Source of the DNA: Macrostomum lignano
Taxonomy: Eukaryota
Assembly: GCA_002269645.1 (NCBI GenBank)
Contig: NIVC01003169.1
Location: 51,408-115,407 of the forward strand
DNA length: 64,000 nt
Direction of reading: 5' to 3'
Both the position numbers and the translations under genes were made by a program. Every line of letters begins with the position of its first letter. Within the stretch, counting starts at the first letter, position 1. Under the pieces are notes generated by a model, which worked only from the letters and a program-made list of their open reading frames with translations, searched no databases and was not told the DNA's origin. Of the stretch, positions 21,986 through 36,623 are shown piece after piece.

Positions 21986-24900
21986 ATGTCAATCAGGCGC
22001 CTGAGCTGGCCAAGACGAGGCACATCGCTGCTGCTGGCCTTCCTCGTACTGCTGATAATTTACTATTGGAACCAAATGGGCTTGAAGCTCAACTTCGAGC
22101 CAGACGCGTACTTCCTAGACCCGGTGTTGGGCCAATATATTCGCAGCAAGTTTCCTCTGCCGCAGAAGGCATCGCCTACCGTCAAAATGGTGCACTTCAT
22201 GCACAAGAGTTACCTAGTGCTGCCCGATCACAGGCGGTTTCTTAGCAGCTGGAGGTAAGCTGGCTAAACATGTGTTATAAATTATTTTTCTTGGGTTTTG
22301 GAGAATATTTGGAGAAGTCATTGGGGGAATTCCGTGGCCCTAGCGCAACCATGGCTGGTGTGAATTCTTTGCGCATAATTCGGGAACTCTATCTACCTAC
22401 CTACCTACCTTCCTACTTACCTACTTTCCTACCTACCAACAACCTACCTATCTACCTACCTACCTACCTACATACCTACCTACCTACTTACCTACCTACC
22501 TACCTACCTACCTACCTACCTTCCCACCTAATTTCCTTTCTAATCTACCTAATTCATCCACCTTCCTATACCTACCTATCTACTCGTACCTTACCTACCC
22601 ATCCTCATACCTACCTACTTTCCTACCTACCTACCTACCTACCTACCTACCTACCTACCTACCTACCGGCTACCTACCTACTTACCTGCCTAACCTACCT
22701 ATCTACCCTACCTACTCTACCTTCCTTTGAAGTTTATTATAAAACTGCCGTTCTGTATTGCATCCAATTGTAATCGACCCAAACATTGAAACATTGTGCA
22801 ATTTAACTAAAAGACATGATCGTCCCCCAATGGGAGGCTTTTAATTAAAAAATTTAAATGCTGCACAAAAACATACCCGCAAGGTCCAATTAGTGCGAAT
22901 GCTCACAAGTACATTCGATTATTGGGAAGAAGAAACAGGGCACTTCGTTTTCAGGAAAGTTTCAAGATATAAAGGGCTATCAGATAATATCTTACCAAGG
23001 AAAATAAAAAAACTGGTTTTCGAAAAAAATATTTATTCTAAAAAATCAAACTGCCATATAAGAGTCTTCCATAGTTTCATAATAAACATAATAGGAGAAA
23101 GAATATATAACCATATTATCTCTTGAGAGTTTAGACAAAGGACTAGCAATATTCCCCCCACATTGGGTAAGAAACAAAAAAGCGAATCATTTGTTTGAAT
23201 CAACTACATATATAATAGCTTTCGACCTTGTACAGTCACTATTGTTAGTTTCTCCAGGAAGATAATGTTTAAGGAAAATGAAGTTTAAAGCTATCCAGCC
23301 TAAGAAGAGATCAGCATCCCATGTGGACCTTGGGCATCAAAGCCTCGGTCTCAACTCGAAAACAATTATAGCATCTTAGAAACCGCCCATGAGCCATTTA
23401 AAGAGGCACATTTTCTTTTTTAAATTTAATTAAAAGTCAAACTGACATATAATATTGACTAGATTCGCGGAGATTGAGTATTCTCCGCTCCCTGTATTCG
23501 CGGGACACGTTTTGTCTATGGTAGAAGAAAGTGTTCAATCAACCTCACTCTGGCTCAAGGCGTTAATTTTATTGTCTATGGCAGCAGAGGTTACTTAGTG
23601 AGAATCTCCGCTAGCAAAGCACTAGCGACATAGACAAGGCGTACAAACAAGACAAGCCATACATAGACAAGCCATTCAACCTCACTCTGGCTCAAGGCGT
23701 TAATTTTATTGTCTATGGCAGCAGAGGTTACTTAGTGAGAATCTCCGCTAGCAAAGCACTAGCGACATAGACAAGGCGTACAAGCAAGACAAGCCATACA
23801 TAGACAAGCCATTCAACCTCACTCTGGCTCAAGGCGTTAATTTTATTGTCTATGGCAGCAGAGGTTACTTAGTGAGAATCTCAGCTAGCAAAGCACTAGC
23901 GACATAGACAAGGCGTACAGGCAAAGTGGGATACTGTTCATCTTTTGATATGACTTGCCCTTCCCCATAACTCTATTGATATTTGTAGAGCTTTTTGCTT
24001 AGAATAATAGGCTTTACTTACTTACTTACTTACTTACTACCGACGGGGGGCAGAACGCCGCGATTAGGCCGCGAGGCCCCTATCACAACCACAAGCTAAA
24101 AACAGAAAGGCGTTAGCCTTAGGGCTGCGCCCCCCTCCTTGCCGGCAGCAGAAGCGCTCGCGAGAGTGGCGTTTGCGATCTTCATCCGTCCAGAATCCCG
24201 AACGAATGCGCGCAGGTCACGGATCCGGTCCGGAGTGGTGAGCTCGTCCAGCCTTAGCGGGTGACCGAGGTGACGTCTCCGCGCCTCGTTGAAGTGCGGG
24301 CAGAAAGTGACGTGGTGCGTCGAGGTTTCCTCCTCTAGATCACAGAATGGACAGATAGGGGAGCAGCCACTTTGCACTGAAATGTGTCTCTGGAAGAAGT
24401 CATGGCCAGTAATGACCATGCACATCTCCCTGAGGTCAGTTTTACTTAAGGAGATTAGATATTCGCATACTTTCCGGATTATGACAGGCATTGCCTTTCG
24501 TGTCTGCCGATATTCGGGGCAGCTGTTCCAGTGGATCTGGTGCTGGTGGTTCATCCACTCTTGAAAGACTTTAACTATACTTGGTTAATATAGGCCGCGT
24601 TCATAAAAAAAGTATTTGTCTGCATGCTTGAATTATTTTGTAACAGTTAAAAACCCATCTTTTTTGCACGATCAATAAATTAAGCATGATAAAAAATGAT
24701 TCATAAAACGAATCAATAAGCTTGTATTATTGTTATGATTTTTAGGCACAGGACACGTCATATCAAAAGATGAACTTTGGGTCTGCCTGCATCAAAAGCA
24801 ATTTTTAACTTCTGTGCTGAAGAAATGGAAGCCTCCTATCTCCGTAATGCATTGTTTCGGTAAAATCTGTCTCCTAAAATTTTCCGAGAAACGTAGTTTC

Positions 24901-27357
24901 TCGTCTTTCTACTGGAGTAGTCCTCGAACATCTGATGCTTAAAGACATTGCCTTTCTATCTTTTTTTAAGCACAAAAAGTTAAGTTTTCGTATCAAGTAG
25001 CGTTTAGTTTAGTTTAGAGAAAATCGAAGATATCATTATTTTCATTATAGTCCCACTTCGGCTATGTGATTAATGGCTGGTTTGCATTACCTTTGGTAGC
25101 TCCCCCATTGAATCAGTTTTAAAATTAGGTGCTACTTGATGTGATAATGTGAACCGGCCTTAACCAGTCTGACTCTCGCGGCACAACCCCTGGCGGAATT
25201 CATTTCCGTGCGCGGTTTGATGTAGAATGATAGCAATCCCAGAGAGACCATACAGTCATATTTCTGAATCGTGCTATTTCTTGACTACTTTGTCAAGAAC
25301 CATGGCTACCGCAAGGTTTTGCTAGCTGGCTTATCTATAGTCTGGGTAACGCTTGGCCTCTGTGCGACGGAAATACTTTTGGAGTAATCTAAGTTACAAT
25401 CGAGTTCACTCCGAAATTTCTTTTTATCAGTGACGGCGGATTCAAACGAATGTAGCGCCAATAGCAGTTTAAGGCGGATATGGACTTTTCTTGACCTAGC
25501 ATTTTTTGCATTGGTCCAACTTTGCCGTACGTTTGCGTAATTATGACCGCCACTAAGTCGCACTCGCAAGTCTGTTTTACATTGTGATTAAACCCGAGTT
25601 GGAATAAGTTCTCACAATATTCAATTATCTTGCAAACCAGGCAAGTCTACCCAAGCTACGATCTGTACTTCTGGACTGACGCCGACATCGAGCGTCTGGT
25701 GACCACCCGCTACCCCGAGCTGCGCAATTTCTACAAGAAGCGGCTCGGCAACCCGCTTGAGCGCTCCGACGTCGCCCGCGTGCTGATCTTGCACGCCTTC
25801 GGGGGCTGGTACGCCGACCTGGACGCCGGCAGCCAGCTGAACGCCGAGAACATCACGGAGAGACACTCGCTCATAGTGCCGCTGGAGCCCTTCTTGCACG
25901 CCATGATTCCATTCAACCGCAGACGCTTGGTCAACAATGCTATCATGTACAGCACACCCGGGCACCCCTTCTGGATGTTCCTTATCAGTCGTATCGCACA
26001 CCGCATCTTCGCTTTGCCGAACACTCCGAGGTATGCGCAATTATTGTAATTAAAGGAATGTGGGCTTAGGGGGAAATGAGAAGTCAGACTACTTAGCGAA
26101 AAGAAAAATCCGTGCTTTCCTGTAGCGTCATCAGAATTAGAAAGCACACAAAAATTAGCTTTTTGTAGCATCATCGGGATCTCAAGGACTACTTAAGTAG
26201 AAGCAGGCAAGACTCAGAATTGGTGAAAATTTCATTGGATGGCGATTTTTTAATGTATCTCCTGTGCACTTTAGTCGTCCTTGCGGGATCTGAGAGCACA
26301 CAAACATTAGCTCCCTGTAGCATCATCAAAATCTGAGAGCACACAAACATTAGCTCCCTGTAGCATCATCAGAATCTGCGGGCACACGAACATTAGCTCC
26401 CTGTAGCATCATCAAAATCTGAGAGCACACAAACATTAGCTCCCTGTAGCATCATCAGAATCTGAGGGCACACAAGCATTAGCTCCCTGTAGCATCATCA
26501 GAATCTGAGGGCACACAAGCATTAGCTCCCTGTAGCATCATCAGAATCTGAGGGCACACAAGCATTAGCTCCCTGTAGCATCATCAGAATCTGAGGGCAC
26601 ACAAACATTAGCTCCCTGTAGCATCATCAAAATCTGAGAGCACACAAACATTAGCTCCCTGTAGCATCATCAGAATCTGAGAGCACACAAACATTAGCTC
26701 CCTGTAGCATCATCAGAATCTGAGGGCACACAAGCATTAGCTCCCTGTAGCATCATCAGAATCTGAGGGCACACAAGCATTAGCTCCCTGTAGCATCATC
26801 AGAATCTGAGGGCACACAAGCATTAGCTCCCTGTAGCATCATCAGAATCTGAGAGCAGGCGATCATTAGGTCCCTGTACATGTAACATCATCAGAATCTG
26901 AAAGTACACTAGCGTTAGGTCCTTGTACTTTACTTTGCCCTCCCTCTTCAGGAAAAAAATAAGCGCTGTGGAGAACACCGGTCCCCTGATCATGACTCCG
27001 GCCATGGAGCAGTTTGCCGCTGCGCACGCGGCTTCGTGCGGCGACCTCAGAGACGGCCTCGGTAGAGTCTTCGGCTGTCCGTACGTACCCTTGCCACGCA
27101 GATTCTTGCCTCTGATCGATAACAGCTCTAATTGGATGGCAAGCTGGGCCAAAATCATGTGTCCTTTTGTGTTCTCGGAGCCCCAGATAATTGATGAGTG
27201 CCAATGGCGCCGTTCTACGAACTTTGATAACTCGCTGCCATCTGACTCATACACATATCACTCATTTTTGCACCTTACGGGCGAAAAGGTGGCCGCAACA
27301 AATATTTCCACTTTTAATTTGAATATTCGATTTAATCCAATGAATTATCTCGTATAG
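21986..27357 (+). CDS. GT32 (Gly_transf_sug, DXD) glycosyltransferase, SUR1/CSH1-like; type II membrane protein, 354 aa
   Basis: Exons 21986-22254, 25641-26030, 26952-27357 (phases 2,2). N-terminal TM anchor [15 protein letters not shown]; motifs [59 protein letters not shown] match the SUR1/OCH1-type GT32 pattern. Confidence 0.85.
22391..22722. repeat. (TACC)n imperfect microsatellite
   Basis: CTACCTACCTAC... over about 330 bp in glycosyltransferase intron 1. Confidence 0.95.
23538..23921. repeat. 137-bp tandem repeat, about 2.8 copies
   Basis: CAACCTCACTCTGGCTCAAGGCG starts at 23540, 23677 and 23814 (period 137). Confidence 0.9.
23925..24926. mobile_element. Diverged P-like MITE copy, interrupted by a LINE fragment
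   Basis: TTCATCTTTTGATATG..CTCTATTGATATT..AGAATAATAGG (left arm) and CATATCAAAAGATGAAC..CCTATCTCCGTA..GAAACGTAGTTTCTCGTCTTTCTACTGGAGTAGTCCTCG (right arm) match the 4026-4731 element. Confidence 0.7.
24014..24560 (-). mobile_element. 5'-truncated non-LTR retrotransposon 3' end (CCHC knuckle, (TAAG)n tail)
   Basis: ORF 24096-24554: [11 protein letters not shown]...[21 protein letters not shown]; (TAAG)n tail at 24014-24038. Confidence 0.85.
26183..26283. mobile_element. 101-bp minimal P-like element with a perfect 8-bp TSD
   Basis: CAAGGACTACTTAAGTAG...CACTTTAGTCGTCCTTG, flanked on both sides by CGGGATCT (26175-26182 and 26284-26291). Confidence 0.85.
26288..26860. repeat. 43-bp minisatellite, about 13 copies
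   Basis: Unit TCTGAGAGCACACAAACATTAGCTCCCTGTAGCATCATCAGAA in glycosyltransferase intron 2. Confidence 0.95.
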
Positions 27358-29348
27358 CTAAGGTATTCAATGAGAATAAATATTGGTTTTCACGTTTTGC
27401 GTTCTTTAATATAGAACTATACTAGCCTACAGTACGTTGTATATTAGTTGTAACTTAAGAAACAGGATTTGTCACTATGTTATATAATCTATTGCTGGAA
27501 ATTGCCATTTCTACTGCGTGCACTTGAGGCTAACTTTGTGTTTTTTTCATGTTCTTTTCTAGCTTTTACTTAAAGATGTACTGTAAAATTTGTTATTAAG
27601 CGTTAATAATGAGTTTGTCTTGCGCAAGTACGTATTACACCAAAAATAGATGATGATCTGTTTGCCCAATCCTGTTATATGTCACGACTCGGGTGCTACA
27701 TGAATTTTCCGTCGCTTCTTTGCCGCTGTACAATAAATATTTCGGCCTAGTGGTTTCAAAAATTTATTCTGAGATTGAAAATTAAAGTGGAAGGAATTTA
27801 TTATTTTTTTAACATTTGTGCGTTCTAATTAAAAAGCAAAAATAATCCTAAAAAGAGCATGCATGCATAAATTTAAAAGCCCAGATACCAAAAACATACA
27901 TGCACATGAATTTATGGAGTTAAAAATTCTTCAGGGCTGAGGGCTTCAGGGCTGATGATATACATACAAATCGTGAACTGTAATATGTAAAAGCAATTTA
28001 ATACCGGGATTAAAGAAAACTAGTGCATAAATAATTTTAAAATTGGCGACCAAAGTTTTCTTCTTGTACCAGAAAAAAATTTAGATGCAATTTTGTTTTT
28101 CTTTTCGCGTCAATTTTTGAGGCACTAATTCGAAATAGTTCTTCTCGTCGTAAACAAACCCAATTTCGCTTTGAATACTTCAAAAGGTTCTAAATAGGTT
28201 GTTTAAATCTCAAAAGTAAGAACTATTTATGCGTTAGGTATATAGGCGTATGTTAAATTGAGTGATTAAACTATATTAAAAAAATTATTCTTTTTTTTAA
28301 GTACGACATTAATAGAAATCATACATCACGATAAAATGAGAAAAAATTAAGTGTTGCTTTCAATGCTTTATTTCTTTACCAAATTATGTAGTTGTTTTTT
28401 GCTTTATAACATTGTACCTTATAGCCATTTTTTACTTTTATTAGCCGTTTTATTGCTATTTGGGAGCATACCTAAAGTTACATTCGAGCTTCCATTTATT
28501 AAATATGTATCTTGTTACAAACTAAATGTAGGTAAAAAATAATAAATAGCTTGTGTTAACTTGTATGGTCATATCTTGCAATTGCAAAGTACCGTTTTCT
28601 GGAAATTCCCATTGCCGACGTTTACTGATTTATTGCTTTGGATTATGAAACTTTTATATTATGAATTTTGGTTTTTAGCTGCTCTCTTCTAAAGCTAAGT
28701 TGAGATCAAATTTTTTTAGTACGAAGCTAAGTTCATGAAGCCACAGCCAAAGCCTCAATTGTTTTGTATACTTTGATCAATTAAAATGATGATTGAGATT
28801 GAGCAAATATAATGGCTTCAATATTACTGAATTAGTTTACTTTTTTACATTTGTTAAGAAAGAGTAAGATTATTATTTAGAGTAATTTACTACCAAAATA
28901 TATTTAATTTTCAGTAAAAATTAAAAAAAGAATTTTCTAAATTATCTTAGCCAACTACATAGATATTGAAGAATTTGAATAAATAAATATTATTTATTTG
29001 ACTCAACTTAAATTCTTGTACTATTCTTTGGTTTTAGTCATAATTAGATTATTGCAGCTATATAATATGATAATCTATAAATATTATAACGCTCATGTTT
29101 ACATAGAACTTTTAGCATGAAGTTTATATCTAAAATTATATTAGTAACTGTAATTTTTTAGTAGCCACAAATTTAGGACATATTTTTCAAACCTTTTTAG
29201 ACATTTATATGCACTGTACGAGAACAGACCAAAGTTATATCTTTATATTTATTACAAATAGTCATCGAAAGTTGACTAACATGGCAAAAATTGATTTAAA
29301 TTGTCTTGTACTTTTGAATAGATTTATTTTAATAAATTTACCTTGCAG

Positions 29349-31941
<2,593 letters not shown>

Positions 31942-32271
31942 CTGCAGTTTGTGCGAATGCGGCTTGATTAAAGAGGATCAGAACGAAGCAGTGGACAGCT
32001 GGAAGCGCATATGAAAAATGAACACTTTTTTAAAGACAGTATAGAATCTCTTTTAAGCTCTTAAATGCAGTTCTTATACGACGCAACCTTAATTTTTTAT
32101 TAACCAACGAAAAAAACTATTAGCTGTTATTTTTAGCGTAAGAACCGGGGGCATCGCCATTGAATTTTTGTGGGAAACGAAAAATTCAAATAATAATATT
32201 CAGAATCAGTGTTGTTAGTACTGATTTTAGTGCCGCAGGGTAAGACTACAGCATCTAATGTTTTATTTTAG

Positions 32272-32625
32272 GTCTACAGGAACTCATTTTAGCACTACAG
32301 GCACTCATTTTAGCTCTACAGGCACTCATTTTAGCTATACAGGCACTCATTTCAGCTCTATAGGCACTTTTTTTAGCGCTACAGGCACTCATTTTAGCTC
32401 TACAGGCACTCATTTTAGCTCTACAGGCACTCATTTTAGCTCTACAGGCACTCTTTTTAGCTCTACAGGCACTCATTTTAGCTCTACAGGCACTCATTTT
32501 AGCTCTACAGGCACTCATTTTAGCTCTACAGGCACTCATTTTAGCTCTACAGGCACTCATTTTAGCGCTACAGGCACTCATTTTAGCTCTACAGGCACTC
32601 ATTTTAGCTCTACAGGCACTCATTT
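32272..32625. repeat. 21-bp minisatellite, about 17 copies
   Basis: Unit CTCTACAGGCACTCATTTTAG. Confidence 0.95.
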
Positions 32626-33623
32626 TGCTGGTTGAAACAAACTTTGTTTCTAGTCAATAAAGTTAAAAAAACCAAAACCGGTCACCTAGATGGGAAAAAA
32701 GTATCTGAGATCTCAGTCGTGTCTCATATTTTACTGGCGAAGCCCCATACATGTACAAGCGCTGTCACTTACAAGTGATTGGTCATTCTAGTGGACTACT
32801 GCAGTAATTTAATCTACCTGTAATAGCTTTTTTCATCGCAGTCTATTTGATCAATTCTGGCTAGATAGCTGTGTAACTGTGTATCAGTACTAAAAAATAT
32901 CTTTGCTAACCAGCTAATCTCCACAGATACTACATGCCGCCCTAGATGATGGTTCACTAGATGCTTAGCATTGCTTAGCAAAACTACTCTCTATTCAGTA
33001 GTATGAGCGAAAAAAAGCAAAATTTCGCGCGTGTGACCGGAGCAGCCAGGCCATCAGTTTTTTAAATTTTTTTGTGCCACTGTAGACACAGAGTAGCGAG
33101 TCAAATTGACGCATTAAGACAGTGCTGTGTGAACCATCCAGGGTGTTAGTATCTGTGCTACTTACAGACAGTTACAGGTAAAAAATTATCATGCATGCTG
33201 CCAGCAGTAGTAGCAAAAATAATCGAATCTCAGTGCTATTTCTCAAGCTTTACTTTATAAATGTTATAAAGTAAATATTTAATGCTTGCCATTTTTGTGT
33301 GATGACACTTTATTTGAATATTAAAGTATCGCTGCTGGGTCACTCACCATCCGCGCCTGTAGAAGTCTTTTTATAGCAGATTTTTATGCATGCATAAATT
33401 GAATTATTTGTCAAGTCGTTGCAAAACTTTCTGGACTGCTGGGTTTACTGTTGCATCTTTAACTGAATTGAAATTTTTACGCAACAACTCCTTTCACAGC
33501 TGCTCTATTGGAAATGCAAAAGAGTTCCACAGGCTGAACAAAACCTAAAAAAATTGCCATATAGGCAACTTCCAGATGGAATATCATGACGAGAAATCCG
33601 AACGAATGCAGTGTTGGCGAGGC

Positions 33624-33722
33624 GAAGGACTGCTCAAGTAGAAGTACGGAAAACTACGTTTCGTGGAAAATTTGTAAGAGGCAGCAGGTTTCACCGAGAA
33701 ATACATTACGGGGGATAGAGGT
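33624..33722 (+). mobile_element. Left-terminal fragment of the P-like MITE family
   Basis: GAAGGACTGCTCAAGTAGAAGTACGGAAAACTACGTTTCGTGGAAAATTT...GAAATACATTACGGGGGATAG aligns with 4026-4120. Confidence 0.65.
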
Positions 33723-34984
33723 TAATATTCTTTCAGCTTGACTTTTAAGTTTGACTCAGATTTCAAATCGTTTTGCGGTTTTACCATTCAATAGAGCAGC
33801 TGCTAGCCAATGCAGGAATGTTTATGTTGTTCACGGTTGTAAACACAGTTTAGAAACTTTTGCAGCAGCTATCGTAGATTGTTTATGAAGAAATTGTTTA
33901 CTTGGAGGGAGTACACATAACATATCCTTTAGTTTTTTCAGTATTGTGTTGCACTGTATGCGCTGTGAGATGTTGTTCTGCATTCATTAGTGAAACACAT
34001 GGCTTTTACTCTGCAACATATTTACCACGCGATTTTGTCAGTGGTTCAAAGTTGCCATTTTTCATTAGGAAGTCTATAGCAATTCCAGTCACAGTCAAGA
34101 ATTCTCAGCGAGTTGGAGAGCATTTTATTTGTTTTTGAGCAGATTTTTTTACCTATTCTCAGAAACATTTTTGCCGTTGTGTCCAGTGGCAGTATTATAG
34201 AACTTCCAATCAAATAGTTTTTTTGTCCGAACATACGGAGTGGGTGGCCAGTACGCTTAGTTTTTCAAGTATAGCAGTTTAGCTAGATAGTCCGTCTGTG
34301 TATCCGTATTTTATTCTCTTTTGTACCGATTTTCTGTTCTAAGTTTAAGTCGGTTATGTTAATAATTGAGTAAACCAACGGACATTTTTATAAGGTGGTG
34401 GAGGTCAGAGGTGACTTTGGATAATACAAAAATATGCGTATGCATCCCACTTCAGCAATTAATTATTCGTAAATTAATTCTACCTGACTTATGACTACAA
34501 CTGTAGCTAAGCGCTCTTGTTGTGTAAACTCAGCTAGATTACCAATTTTTTTACAGTCGATGTTTTGTTGATCCGTTGTGTGCGTAGTTTTCTACGAATT
34601 TTTATTAGATACTTAAGTTCCACACGATGAATTGGCTATAACCCTTGTCTGTCCGTCTCGTTTCTCGAAAAATAATTTGCTGTTGTTTGTTTTTTTAAAA
34701 TAACTGTGACAAAGACTAGCATTGCTCTACTGTGTCTACAATTTGTTTTTTAACACACTAGGAAATATAGCGGATAAACTTCTGCAATTTTGTATCACTT
34801 CGTTTTTGTCGCCGGACTACTCGTCATTCGATGTTTCGGTGTTTTAAACAATTATCTGAAGTATTTTTATGCTTTGCCCACACTTATAAGCCTACTGCAA
34901 TATTGCCTATATGCAGTAAGCTGCAGTACATACATTACAAGCCAACAACAATGAAATGGAGTGCGAACAGACTGCCGGACCCTA

Positions 34985-36085
34985 ATGGCACAGGTCAGAC
35001 AGTTGGATGAGGCAATGGCTCAGGTGAGAGACACAGTTGGATGATGCAATGAAACAGGTGAGAGACAGTTGGATGGTGCAATAGCACAGGTGAGAGACAC
35101 AGTTGGATGATGCAATAGCACAGGTGAGAGACACAGTTGGATGATGCAATAGCACAGGTGAGAGACACAATTGGATGATGCAATGGAACAGGTGAGAGAC
35201 ACAGTTGGATGAGGCAATGAAACAGGTGAGAGACAGTTAGATGGTGCAATAGCACAGGTGAGAGACAGTTAGATGGTGCAATAGCACAGGTGAGAGACAC
35301 AGTTGGATGATGCAATAGCACAGGTGAGAGACACAGTTGGATGATGCAATAGCACAGGTGAGAGACACAATTGGATGATGCAATGGAACAGGTGAGAGAC
35401 ACAGTTGGATGAGGCAATGGAACAGGTGAGAGACACAGTTGGATAAGGCAATAGCACAGGTGAGAGACAGTTAGATGGTGCAATAGCACAGGTGAGAGAC
35501 ACAGTTGGATGATGCAATAGCACAGGTGAGAGACACAGTTGGATGATGCAATAGCACAGGTGAGAGACACAATTGGATGATGCAATGGAACAGGTGAGAG
35601 ACACAGTTGGATGAGGCAATGGAACAGGTGAGAGACACAGTTGGATGAGGCAATAGCACAGGTGAGAGACAGTTGGATGGTGCAATAGCACAGGTGAGAG
35701 ACACAGTTGGATGATGCAATAGCACAGGTGAGAGACACAGTTGGATGATGCAATAGCACAGGTGAGAGACACAATTGGATGATGCAATGGAACAGGTGAG
35801 AGACACAGTTGGATGAGGCAATGGAACAGGTGAGAGACACAGTTGGATGAGGCAATAGCACAGGTGAGAGACAGTTGGATGATGCAATGAAACAGGTGAG
35901 AGACAGTTGGATGGTGCAATAGCACAGGTGAGAGACACAGTTGGATGATGCAATGGAACAGGTGAGAGACACAATTGGATGATGCAATAGCACAGGTGAG
36001 AGACACAGTTGGATGATGCAATGGAACAGGTGAGAGACACAGTTGGATGAGGCAATAGCACAGGTGAGAGACAGTTGGATGATGT
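34985..36085 (+). repeat. 32/34-bp minisatellite, about 33 copies
   Basis: Unit CAGGTGAGAGAC(AC)AGTTGGATGATGCAATAGCA; reverse complement of the array at 37917-38233. Confidence 0.95.
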
Positions 36086-36623
36086 AATGGTCTCAATCGC
36101 AGACAGCTCTTTTGCGAACAGAGGTATTTGAAAATCAACAAAAAGAGACAATAATAGAGACACCAGATTTTATCAGCGTAAGAGCTGTTTGACGTGGAAA
36201 TACATATAAGCAGCATCATAAATCATTATTTTCAAATAAAAGAATTCAATTATCAAGATACGTGATCAAATGAAGGGCTAACCCCTAGGACTTTCTAACT
36301 GAGGCAAAACACAAAACAATATGAAAATTCTGTTACCAATATAAATAGCAGAATCAATACATTTAATGGTGTCGAATCGTTAAAACAAAATTGAACATGA
36401 TCGATATGATGAGAAACTAATTCTTGATTGCGGCCATAATTTTTGCAAACTATCATCATAGTGGAAGTTAAGCTGCATAAGAGAATAAATGAGGATACAG
36501 CAAAGCGATATAAACACATTTTGTGACAACATAAATGAGATAAGCGCTGGTCAATAAGACATGCTCAGGACAACAGACTAGTACATGGACTACTAAATGT
36601 CTGGAATCTCCCTTCCATTCAGC

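Noticed and set aside
22270-22773. 167-aa LPTY-repeat ORF
   Set aside because: It is a translation of the (TACC)n microsatellite within an intron.
32255-32635. MSACRAK and FSSTGTH repeat proteins
   Set aside because: A 21-bp unit without stops is open on both strands; no splice or start context supports a gene.
34982-36219. Long Cys/His-rich ORFs of 230-332 aa
   Set aside because: They are translations of the 32/34-bp minisatellite and are open in several frames.
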